Origin: Candidatus Doudnabacteria bacterium
GTDB lineage: Bacteria > Patescibacteriota > Doudnabacteria > UBA920 > O2-02-FULL-48-8
Length of the DNA stretch: 64,000 nucleotides
Assembly (NCBI GenBank): GCA_016186915.1
Contig: JACPKU010000006.1
Location: 350,086 to 414,085 of the forward strand
Reading direction: 5' to 3'
Made by a program: the position numbers and the translations under genes. Under the pieces are notes generated by a model. The model did not search any database. It was not told the DNA's origin and saw only the letters and a list, made by a program, of their open reading frames with translations. Below, one piece after another: positions 26,790 to 34,404 of this stretch (the stretch's first letter is position 1; each line of letters opens with the position of its first letter).

Positions 26790-27506
26790 TTATTGGACAA
26801 CGATATTATCGCCTTGTTCCAGTTCCTGTTCGCTTTGCTTTCGACCCAAGAGGTGCCCGGCTTTGTTCTGCTTGGTTTCTAGATAAAATTTATTGTATTC
26901 ATTCGGCGGAATAATAATCGGCAGGCGTGCCGTCACTTTCACGCCGTGTTTGTCCAGACCAGTAATCTTTTGGGGGTTATTGGTCAGGAGTTTGATTGAT
27001 TTCACTTTCAAGGAAAAGAGCATGTGGGCGGCAATATCATATTCCCGTTCGTCGCCTGAAAAACCCAGCATGTGATCGGCCTCAATTGTATCAAAGCCCA
27101 GATCCTGCAGGGCGTAAGCTTTGATTTTATTAGTAAATCCAATGCCTCGGCCTTCTTGGCGCAAGTAGAGCAAGATCCCTTCGGGCAGTTTGCCCAAAGT
27201 CTTAAGCGCGGTGGTGAGTTGATCCCGGCAATCACAACGCAACGAACCAATCGCATCGCCGGTTAAGCATTCGGAATGTAAGCGCGTGGGAACGTTTTCC
27301 TTGCCAAACACATCACCTTTGATCAAGGCCGTGTGTTCTTTTTTATCCTTTTCACTGTAAAACGCCACGATCTGAAAGTGGCCAAAGCGGGAGGGGAGAT
27401 TAGCCACCGCTACAATTTTCACGCAAACGCCTCCGAAACTGCTCGGCGGACAACGGTGTTCCTCGTTTTTGCGCAACAATTCCTTGATGGTTGGTTTTGT
27501 TAACAT
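26790..27506 (-). CDS. ribA: GTP cyclohydrolase II
   Basis: RLHSECLTGD, RCDC, QEGRGIG, LLTNNP. Confidence 0.95.
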   Translation of the reverse strand: MLTKPTIKELLRKNEEHRCPPSSFGGVCVKIVAVANLPSRFGHFQIVAFYSEKDKKEHTALIKGDVFGKENVPTRLHSECLTGDAIGSLRCDCRDQLTTALKTLGKLPEGILLYLRQEGRGIGFTNKIKAYALQDLGFDTIEADHMLGFSGDEREYDIAAHMLFSLKVKSIKLLTNNPQKITGLDKHGVKVTARLPIIIPPNEYNKFYLETKQNKAGHLLGRKQSEQELEQGDNIVVQ

Positions 27507-27512
27507 AATTAG

Positions 27513-28127
27513 TTATCGTTTGGCATATTGAACCAGATCTTGAATTGTAATAATTTTCAAATTTAATCTTTTGGATAGCTTTAATAAGTCAGAAGCGGTG
27601 GCCATTTTGCCATCAACCCGCACAATCTCGCATAACACTCCGGCCGGCGAAAAACCGGCCAGCTGAGCAAGCATTACCACGGCTTCTGTGTGCCCCGGAC
27701 GTTTAAGAATTCCGCCCGGCTCGGCCACGAGGCCGAAGACATGCCCTGGCCTGGACAGAGCCTGCGGTTTGGCTCGAGGATTCCCCAAAATTTTGATCGT
27801 GTTTGTTCGGTCATGCGCGGAAACACCAGTGGTGATGCCCTTTGCGGCGTTCACGGAAATTGTAAAGTTGACCTTGGTTTTTTCCGTGTTACTTTTGGGC
27901 CGCACCATCAAGGGCAGACGCAAGCGCCGTCGTTGCTCTTCCGAAATGGCAACCGCAAGAATTCCGCTGCCCTGCTTAATCATGACGGCAACTTCCTTCG
28001 GGCTTATGGTTTGAACCGGCATAAAAAAATCACCTTCGTTTTCCCTTTCTGGGCCGTCCACGACAATTAGCATTTTTTTGCGCTGTAAATCCTTGATCGC
28101 TTCGGAAACTTTTGAGAAATTTTTCAT
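27513..28127 (-). CDS. ribB: 3,4-dihydroxy-2-butanone 4-phosphate synthase
   Basis: RENEGD, TTGVSAHDR, RPGHVF, GHTEA, LCEI. Confidence 0.95.
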   Translation of the reverse strand: MKNFSKVSEAIKDLQRKKMLIVVDGPERENEGDFFMPVQTISPKEVAVMIKQGSGILAVAISEEQRRRLRLPLMVRPKSNTEKTKVNFTISVNAAKGITTGVSAHDRTNTIKILGNPRAKPQALSRPGHVFGLVAEPGGILKRPGHTEAVVMLAQLAGFSPAGVLCEIVRVDGKMATASDLLKLSKRLNLKIITIQDLVQYAKR

Positions 28128-28558
28128 AGCTGCTTAATCAGCTTAATCATTGTTAGCGCGGTCAATGCCGCTTCCACTCCTTTGTTTTCATTTTTTCGGG
28201 TTGCCCGCTCAACAGCATCTTTTAAATCATACACGGCCAATACCTCGAAAATCAGCGGGATTTCGTATTGCCAAGATACATCCATACATCCCCGGATGCA
28301 TTCATTGGCGATTTGTTCGAAGTGATAAGTCTGGCCTTTGACAATCGCCCCGAACGCGATGATAGCGTCGTATTTAGCCTTTTTGGCCAGTTTTTTGAAG
28401 ACGAGGGGGATTTCGAGTGAACCGGGCACGCGGAATATATCCACCTGTTTTCGACCAACGCCCCGGCGTTGTAAAGTTTGAAGGCAACGTTTTTCCAAGT
28501 TATCGCTGACTTCTTTACGGAAGGAACTGCTGACAATCGCAATTTTAATGTCTTTCAT
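28124..28558 (-). CDS. ribH: 6,7-dimethyl-8-ribityllumazine synthase
   Basis: VPGSLEIP, GAIVKGQTYHFE, NKGVEAA. Confidence 0.95.
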   Translation of the reverse strand: MKDIKIAIVSSSFRKEVSDNLEKRCLQTLQRRGVGRKQVDIFRVPGSLEIPLVFKKLAKKAKYDAIIAFGAIVKGQTYHFEQIANECIRGCMDVSWQYEIPLIFEVLAVYDLKDAVERATRKNENKGVEAALTALTMIKLIKQL

Positions 28559-29130
28559 GCTAATAATTTTTTTAAGTATTTAGCCAAAACATCAACTTCA
28601 ATATTTACTTCATCGCCGACTTTTATCCTGTTGAGCATAGTCTGCTTCCAGGTATGAGGGATGATCCCAACCGTAAAATAATCCGGCTTAACCGAAATTA
28701 CGGTTAAAGATATTCCATTGACTGCGATTGAACCTTTTTCCACGAGATACTTGCTAATTTGTGGCGCAACCGCAATAGTTAAAATTCTGCTATTTCCCGC
28801 CCGGCCGATTTTTTCAAGGACGCCGACGCCGTCAATATGCCCCTGGACCATGTGCCCAGATAAAAAAGTCCGCGGGGTTGCGGGCAATTCCAGATTCACA
28901 ACATTGCCTGCGTGTAATTTGCCGAGCATGGTCCGCGCCTTCGTCTCGGGCATGACTTCTACCGTAAAGGTTTGCTTGGTCTTGCGGACTGCAGTCAGGC
29001 ATACGCCATTTATAGCAATACTCGCGCCTTTGCTGATCCTCTGGCAAAAGTCGGGGGAAGCTTTGAAGATAAAAGCCCCGACGTTTTTGTTCTTTAGTTG
29101 CCCTAAATTGCTGACAATTCCCGTAAACAT
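28555..29130 (-). CDS. ribE: Riboflavin synthase (alpha chain)
   Basis: Canonical MFTGIV N-terminus at 29130, SIAINGVCLT, GHMVQGHID, VNIEVD. Confidence 0.95.
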   Translation of the reverse strand: MFTGIVSNLGQLKNKNVGAFIFKASPDFCQRISKGASIAINGVCLTAVRKTKQTFTVEVMPETKARTMLGKLHAGNVVNLELPATPRTFLSGHMVQGHIDGVGVLEKIGRAGNSRILTIAVAPQISKYLVEKGSIAVNGISLTVISVKPDYFTVGIIPHTWKQTMLNRIKVGDEVNIEVDVLAKYLKKLLA

Positions 29131-29162
29131 AAAAATTCCCACTTTCATCTTCGGGAATTTTT
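29131..29162 (-). terminator. Riboswitch expression platform hairpin
   Basis: AAAAATTCCC..GGGAATTTTT directly before the ribE ATG. Confidence 0.6.
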
Positions 29163-29181
29163 GATAAAAGAAAACACTCTG

Positions 29182-29392
29182 CCTTCTTTCATCCCGACTA
29201 TACGGTCGGCCCTGGAATTCCACCAGGTCGTAGTCTTGCGACTTCGTGGGCTAAACCCTCTCTCGTCCGGTCATTCGACCGGACACTCTCTCCCAAAGGG
29301 AGAGAGGTAAAAAAGAAAGGGTCATTACCACCGATTGGGATTTCCTGCCTCGATTCGCTTGGCGAGGCTGGGGCACCCGACCCCGAAGGATA
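29182..29392 (-). ncRNA. FMN riboswitch (RFN element) with inserted hairpins
   Basis: Minus strand ATCCTTCGGGGTCGGGTG..GAAATCCCAATCGGTGGT..AGCCCACGA..GACCTGGTGGAATTCCAGGGCCGACCGTATAGTCGGGATGAAAGAAGG, upstream of the rib operon. Confidence 0.92.
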
Positions 29393-29464
29393 ATTCATTA
29401 TAGCATTTTGTTAAGAAACATGCTCGCGCTCACTGTCATATTGGACAATAACTGAACCCTTGAG

Positions 29465-30166
29465 TTAAAAGACTTTTACAATTCCTGTTTTGAAATTGGG
29501 CCTGCTGCCGGGTTTGATTTGATCATATAGATATTTCGGAATGCCTAAATCGGCTACGAAAATTTGCCCTGCCAGCTTTTTGCCGCTGCCGGTCTTAAAC
29601 CCGGTTTTGGGCAGAGCCAGGCTTAGGGTGATGTCGGCCTCAACGCAGATTGACGCGCATTGGCCGGTGGTGGCGTCCATGCCAGAGGGCAGATCAAGGG
29701 CAAGTTTTCGGCCCCTTGAGCGGTTGATTGATTTGATAATTTCCGCAACCGGATTTCTGACCGTTCCTTTCAGATGATAGCCAAAAATGGCGTCAACCAA
29801 AACGTCCGAGTCTTCGATGATTTTTGCGGCCTGTTGTTTATTTTTCGTAAATGGGAGGAGCGGGATTCTGCTGTTCCTAAGAAGTTTTAAATGATGGCGT
29901 GCGTTGACGTTTAGATTGGAATCAGCCAGTATGACCTTGACTTTAAGGCCGGCGTTTGCGAGAAACCGCGCGGCTGACAAACCACCGCCGCCGTTATTCC
30001 CCTTGCCGGCAATGACCGCGATTTTGGCGGTTTTGGGGATTTTTAGCAGCCGGAAGAGCGAAGCCGCATGCCAGCCGGCTAATTCCATCATTTGCAGAAT
30101 CTCAAGCCCGCTGTTCACGGCCAGCCGATCCAATTTTTCCATTTGTTTAGCTGTGGCAAAATACAT
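29465..30166 (-). CDS. nnrE: NAD(P)H-hydrate epimerase, copy 2 (NNGGDG changed to NNGGGG)
   Basis: 233 aa, collinear with copy 1. Confidence 0.9.
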   Translation of the reverse strand: MYFATAKQMEKLDRLAVNSGLEILQMMELAGWHAASLFRLLKIPKTAKIAVIAGKGNNGGGGLSAARFLANAGLKVKVILADSNLNVNARHHLKLLRNSRIPLLPFTKNKQQAAKIIEDSDVLVDAIFGYHLKGTVRNPVAEIIKSINRSRGRKLALDLPSGMDATTGQCASICVEADITLSLALPKTGFKTGSGKKLAGQIFVADLGIPKYLYDQIKPGSRPNFKTGIVKVF

Positions 30167-30227
30167 AAAGATTTAAGTTTATCATAGCACGATTGAAGTC
30201 TACTTTAAAAAAACGGGGCAAGAAGAA

Positions 30228-30920
30228 TCAAATCAATTTGCCCCGCTGGATCAACTGTCCTATCAGGTTGAGAAGCCCTGTGGTATCCTCAAACGAATCG
30301 ATCACGAACTTGGCCCGGCTGAAGTCGTGGTTATCATTGAGATCGTAGCGATACCCGATGACTGCGAGGCCCGCCTCGACCGCTGATCGGATCCCTGTTT
30401 CCGAATCTTCGATAGCCACGACCCGGCCGGCTGGCTGGTGAAAGCGCTTAAGTGCCAGCAGGTAGGGGTCTGGTGCTGGCTTAGTGATGCGGACATCATC
30501 TGCCGTGACCAGAAGGTCAAAAGCCTCTGTCAGCCTGCAAATTTTCAGAACCTCGTTGACCGAGCTTAAGCGGCTGGTCGTGACTAGTCCCAGGTGATAC
30601 CCGTCCTTTCTCAAGACAGCCAGCAACTCCCTGATGCCGGGATTCGGTTTGAGGTCTGCCATCATGGCTTTCTTCAGCTTTTGGAAAGTGCGGGTGTATT
30701 CTGCCGCACTGACTTGCAGCCCGGAAGCAGTCAGGAAGTCTGTCCGCACCGCTTCGTGGGATCGTCCCACCCCCTGAATGCGTTGGTAGAAATCAAGGCC
30801 AAACAACCCGCCGCCATAGTGCTGCACCGTCGCGCAATGCGCGGCTGCGCAGATTTCCTCGGTTGGGGCGATCACCCCGTCTAAATCCCACAAAACCGCT
30901 CTGTCAGTGGCTTCGCTCAT
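30228..30920 (-). CDS. HAD-superfamily phosphatase (beta-PGM/CbbY-like)
   Basis: WDLDGVI, VTTS, KPAPDPY, IEDSETG. Confidence 0.9.
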   Translation of the reverse strand: MSEATDRAVLWDLDGVIAPTEEICAAAHCATVQHYGGGLFGLDFYQRIQGVGRSHEAVRTDFLTASGLQVSAAEYTRTFQKLKKAMMADLKPNPGIRELLAVLRKDGYHLGLVTTSRLSSVNEVLKICRLTEAFDLLVTADDVRITKPAPDPYLLALKRFHQPAGRVVAIEDSETGIRSAVEAGLAVIGYRYDLNDNHDFSRAKFVIDSFEDTTGLLNLIGQLIQRGKLI

Positions 30921-30953
30921 AGTTTCTCGCTTCCTCCTATATAATGTAATAAA

Positions 30954-31023
30954 ATCTTAACACGAATATGTTTTGGAAGTTGTGATCCAGATCACAGCGT
31001 GGAAAAATTAGTTGCCATATGCT
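30954..31023. promoter_or_regulatory. Bidirectional class II Crp/Fnr promoter pair
   Basis: Perfect TGTGA-TCCAGA-TCACA at 30981-30996; TATGCT (+) at 31018-31023 and TAAGAT (-) at 30959-30954. Confidence 0.8.
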
Positions 31024-31068
31024 TTAGTTATGAAAGAAATTAAAAAACCAAAAATAAGGAGGAATCAT

Positions 31069-32130
31069 ATGAAAGTCATAAGACTTGCAATCTTAGGCTT
31101 GGGCAATGTGCCGCTGGCAGTCCTTCGCTATATGGAGGAACCAGGCCCAGCAAAGACGCTCAAGGAAGCTGGCATTGCCATTCAGCTTACCGGAGTGACC
31201 ACGGGCAGCCGGGGAAACGCCATTAACCCGGATGGAATTCCCTTTCAGGATTTAGTGGCCATTGGCAAATCCGGCAGGCTTGAGCCGCTCAATAAAGGCC
31301 CAGAGACCTCAAACAGTCTGGAGTTTGTGAAAGCAGTGCCCGCCGACATCCTGTTTGTGGCTACGCCGGCCAGCATTCCTTCGGTGGAAGAAATCAAGCT
31401 GGCGTTTGCCCGAGGCATCCACGTGGTGACCTCGAACAAAACGCCGGTGGCCAACCACTTCCGGGAGCTTACGCAGGATGCGAAAAAGCATGGAGTCGGA
31501 TTCCGGTTTGGCGCTACAGTGCTGGCCGGCTACCCGCCCTGGGCGCAGTTCTTCGAGGCGGTGAGCAAACAGCCAATTACCGAACTTCAGATCGTGGTCA
31601 ATGCCACTTCCAATAACATCCTGACCATGATGCTGGAACAGGGTATGAGCTTTGAGCAAGGAATCGCCGAGGCGCAGCGTCTGGGCATTGCCGAGCGCGA
31701 GCCTTCGGATGATGTGGACGGGCACGACACCCAAAAGAAGCTAGCCATCCTGGCCAACGTCTTGCTCGATGCCAACCTCACTCCGGCTGACATTCCGACT
31801 GTCGGGATCCGGGGAGTCACCTTGGAACAACTCAAACAGGCTGATCAGTCCGGCAAATGGATTCAGCTTCTGGGGAGGGCGTGGTTTGAGAAGGGCCAAG
31901 TCAAGGCCGAAGTCAAGCCAGTGGAGACGGATAACCCATTCTTCGTCCATATGCGCTCAACGTCCATGGGCCTTTACTTCCAAACGCCGACTGCTGATCC
32001 CGGATCGGAGTCCGGGACAAGTTTCGGCATCCGTCTCGATCTTGGCAGCGGCGATCAGGCCATCATGGCCACAGCTGCCGGCGTGTTTGAGGACATCCTG
32101 ACGATCGCGAGTATGGCTTTGCAAGGTTAG
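31069..32130 (+). CDS. hom: Homoserine dehydrogenase-like protein (no ACT domain)
   Basis: GLGNV, HVVTSNK, ATVLAGYP, VNATSNNIL, AQRLGIAE.EP.DDVDGHD..KKLAILAN; SD AAGGAGG. Confidence 0.85.
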   Translation: MKVIRLAILGLGNVPLAVLRYMEEPGPAKTLKEAGIAIQLTGVTTGSRGNAINPDGIPFQDLVAIGKSGRLEPLNKGPETSNSLEFVKAVPADILFVATPASIPSVEEIKLAFARGIHVVTSNKTPVANHFRELTQDAKKHGVGFRFGATVLAGYPPWAQFFEAVSKQPITELQIVVNATSNNILTMMLEQGMSFEQGIAEAQRLGIAEREPSDDVDGHDTQKKLAILANVLLDANLTPADIPTVGIRGVTLEQLKQADQSGKWIQLLGRAWFEKGQVKAEVKPVETDNPFFVHMRSTSMGLYFQTPTADPGSESGTSFGIRLDLGSGDQAIMATAAGVFEDILTIASMALQG

Positions 32131-32165
32131 CCGCGGAATTTCCGGCTAACCTTTTTCTTTTTTTG
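32125..32165 (+). terminator. Intrinsic terminator
   Basis: GGTTAGCCG..CGGCTAACC followed by a T tract. Confidence 0.75.
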
Positions 32166-32206
32166 TGATTTAGATTACAGAAGTAGTTTGAATAGTCGGA
32201 TATGAT
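32164..32206 (+). promoter_or_regulatory. Class II Crp/Fnr promoter for grx
   Basis: TGTGA-TTTAGA-TTACA at 32164-32179 and TATGAT at 32201-32206. Confidence 0.75.
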
Positions 32207-32239
32207 TAAATTAGAAAATTAACATAGGAAGGAAAAAAT

Positions 32240-32473
32240 ATGCCAAACATTACCATTTATACCACTCCCATCTGTTCTTTTTGCAAGATGGCTAAGGGAT
32301 TTTTTAGCAATCATAATCTGAGTTATCGAGAAAAAGATGTGACGAGCGATGACGAAGCTTTGCATGAAATGCTGGATAAATCCGGGCAAATGGGCGTGCC
32401 AGTGATTGATATTGACGGGGAGATCGTGGTCGGGTTTGATAAAAGAAGATTAAACCAATTACTTGGTGTTTGA
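32240..32473 (+). CDS. Glutaredoxin (NrdH/YruB-like), second paralogue
   Basis: CSFC, SGQMGVPVI, IVVGFD. Confidence 0.92.
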   Translation: MPNITIYTTPICSFCKMAKGFFSNHNLSYREKDVTSDDEALHEMLDKSGQMGVPVIDIDGEIVVGFDKRRLNQLLGV

Positions 32474-32489
32474 GAGGAGGTGAAAGAGT

Positions 32490-32843
32490 ATGAAAAATAT
32501 GATGCCTGTGATGCTGATAATGTTGATTATTATTGTCGCGGCGTTTGTTTATGCCATCCAAGGCGTAAACATGCACCGGCAAGTAGCCGTGGAAGAGGCG
32601 GAGTTCCACCAGCTGCAGAATGATTACTTCTTGCAAAGCAAAGCAGTCAGAGACGCGGCGGTTTCCAACTCGGAACTGAATCAGCAGTTAGTGCAGATCC
32701 AGAATTATCCGTCGGAATTGCTGCGATTAAAGCTGGTAGGGGTCGGCAAGATTTTGACTGGTATTTTCGGTCTGCTGCTGGGAATCTTAATTGTCCTGTT
32801 TATGATGCCGGCCAGGCTGGCCAAGCTGCTCAAAAGAGAGTGA
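32490..32843 (+). CDS. Two-TM hypothetical protein
   Basis: SD GAGGAGGTGA; TM-soluble-TM; LLRLKLVGVGKILTGI. Confidence 0.75.
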   Translation: MKNMMPVMLIMLIIIVAAFVYAIQGVNMHRQVAVEEAEFHQLQNDYFLQSKAVRDAAVSNSELNQQLVQIQNYPSELLRLKLVGVGKILTGIFGLLLGILIVLFMMPARLAKLLKRE

Positions 32844-32846
32844 CAA

Positions 32847-32896
32847 TTGACAGATTCTTATTGTTAACATATCATTTGAATAGATATTCAAATGAT
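32847..32896 (+). promoter_or_regulatory. Promoter with a 12-2-12 ArsR operator overlapping the start codon
   Basis: TTGACA at 32847; ATCATTTGAATA-GA-TATTCAAATGAT at 32871-32896. Confidence 0.8.
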
Positions 32897-33203
32897 CAAC
32901 ATCATTAAACTTAAAAAAGAATTGTCTGATAAGCAACTGATTGCCCGATGCGCAAAAGAGTTTGGGGTGGTAGGAGACGCTACGCGCATGAAGATTTGCT
33001 ATTTGCTTTGCCATCACCCGGAGTTAACCGTTTCAGAAATTGCTCAGGCTTGCGGTCTGACCGTGTCGGCAGCCTCCCACGCGCTTAAAAAATTGAGAAG
33101 CATCGGACTGGTCCAGTCCCGCCGGCAATTTCGATCGGTGTTTTACCGGCTAAGCGGTAGCAAGTTTTCTCAAGTTATTAAACAAAGTTTGGAAAGGGGG
33201 TGA
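32892..33203 (+). CDS. ArsR/SmtB transcriptional repressor
   Basis: GDATRMKICYLL..LTVSEIA..ASHALKKL..VFYRL. Confidence 0.9.
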   Translation: MINIIKLKKELSDKQLIARCAKEFGVVGDATRMKICYLLCHHPELTVSEIAQACGLTVSAASHALKKLRSIGLVQSRRQFRSVFYRLSGSKFSQVIKQSLERG

Positions 33204-33208
33204 ATTAT

Positions 33209-33322
33209 ATGGCACATTGCCCAGTTTGTAACCTGGACGTGGAGGATGAAAAAATGGAAGATCATGGCAAGACGCATAAAGAGGGAGAAAGCGAAGACGA
33301 ACACAAAGGCCACAGCCATTAA
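33209..33322 (+). CDS. 37-aa CxxC/His-rich metal-binding microprotein
   Basis: MAHCPVCNLDVEDEKMEDHGKTHKEGESEDEHKGHSH*, SD GGGGGTGA; below the ORF-track cut-off. Confidence 0.7.
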   Translation: MAHCPVCNLDVEDEKMEDHGKTHKEGESEDEHKGHSH

Positions 33323-33397
33323 TTAGTCCAGCGTGGAGTCACCCAACTTCGCAGCATGGGTGGCCTCGCGGTGAACTAATTAAACATTAGAAAAACA

Positions 33398-33817
33398 ATG
33401 ACTGAAACATCTAAAAAATTATTAACGCGTCTGGCTCCCATTCTGGGAGCCGGAGCAGTGGGCGCTTGCCCGCTTTGCTGGATCGGTTCCGCTTCGCTTC
33501 TGACTTATTTAGGCTTAGGAGCATTGGTTCCCATTTGGCGCTGGATAGTCGTAATTTTATTGCTGTTAGCTTTGGTTGGATTTGCCTTCGATTTTCGATC
33601 GCATAGAAAACCAGCACCGTTAGTTTTGCTTGTAATCGGGAGCGGGTTGCTGTTGCTCGGCCGCTATGTTTATGGTGGCGCAGACTTTGACGGTTGGCAG
33701 ATTTGGGGGCCGGGAGCTTTAATAGTCTTGCTCGCGGTGATTTATAACAAACGACAGTTTAGAAAAGCGCAAATAATTAACCCAAAGGAGCATCAGCAAT
33801 ATCATGCAAACATCTAA
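33398..33817 (+). CDS. MerC-like membrane metal transporter
   Basis: Four TMs, ACPLCW in the first TM, HRKPAPL. Confidence 0.7.
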   Translation: MTETSKKLLTRLAPILGAGAVGACPLCWIGSASLLTYLGLGALVPIWRWIVVILLLLALVGFAFDFRSHRKPAPLVLLVIGSGLLLLGRYVYGGADFDGWQIWGPGALIVLLAVIYNKRQFRKAQIINPKEHQQYHANI

Positions 33818-34403
33818 CAAGCTTAGGATCAAAATTATTTTGGGGAGCACGCGCCCGAACCGATTCAGCGATAAGCCGGGCGCTTGGATACTTGGGGAAG
33901 CGATGAAAAAACCAGGGGTTGACGCCGAACTTCTGGATCTGCGGGATTATCCGCTCCCGTTTTACAATGAGCCAGCGCCTCCGAGCATGGTCAAAGACGG
34001 GGCCTACCCCAACGAACTTGTGCGAAAGTGGGCGGCCAAGATCAAACAGGCGGACGCGTTTATTCTCGTGGCCCCGGAATACAACCACGGCATCTCTGGC
34101 GTGCTGAAAAACGCGTTGGATTCGGTTTACGCTGAATGGAATAATAAGGCCGTAGGTTTTGTGGCCTACGGAAATGTGGGCGGAGCTCGATCGGTTGAGC
34201 ATTTGCGCGGGGTAGCGGTTGAGCTGCAAATGGCTCCGATTCGCAGCGCGGTTCACATTCCCAGCCCTTGGAATATGCTGGACGAGCAGGGCAATTTAAA
34301 ACCCGGATCACTGGATCCGTTTCAGAAAAGCGCTGAGAATTTCTTAAATCAATTAATCTGGTGGGCCAAGGCGCTTAAGGCTGCCAGAGAACAAGGGAAT
34401 TAA
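33804..34403 (+). CDS. NADPH-dependent FMN reductase
   Basis: GSTRPNR, PEYNHG, LKNALD, GGARSVEHLR. Confidence 0.92.
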   Translation: MQTSNKLRIKIILGSTRPNRFSDKPGAWILGEAMKKPGVDAELLDLRDYPLPFYNEPAPPSMVKDGAYPNELVRKWAAKIKQADAFILVAPEYNHGISGVLKNALDSVYAEWNNKAVGFVAYGNVGGARSVEHLRGVAVELQMAPIRSAVHIPSPWNMLDEQGNLKPGSLDPFQKSAENFLNQLIWWAKALKAAREQGN

Positions 34404-34404
34404 T

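Noticed and set aside
29131-29398. N-terminal extension of ribE and a 66-aa ORF
   Set aside because: They overlap the FMN riboswitch; riboflavin synthase starts at MFTG.
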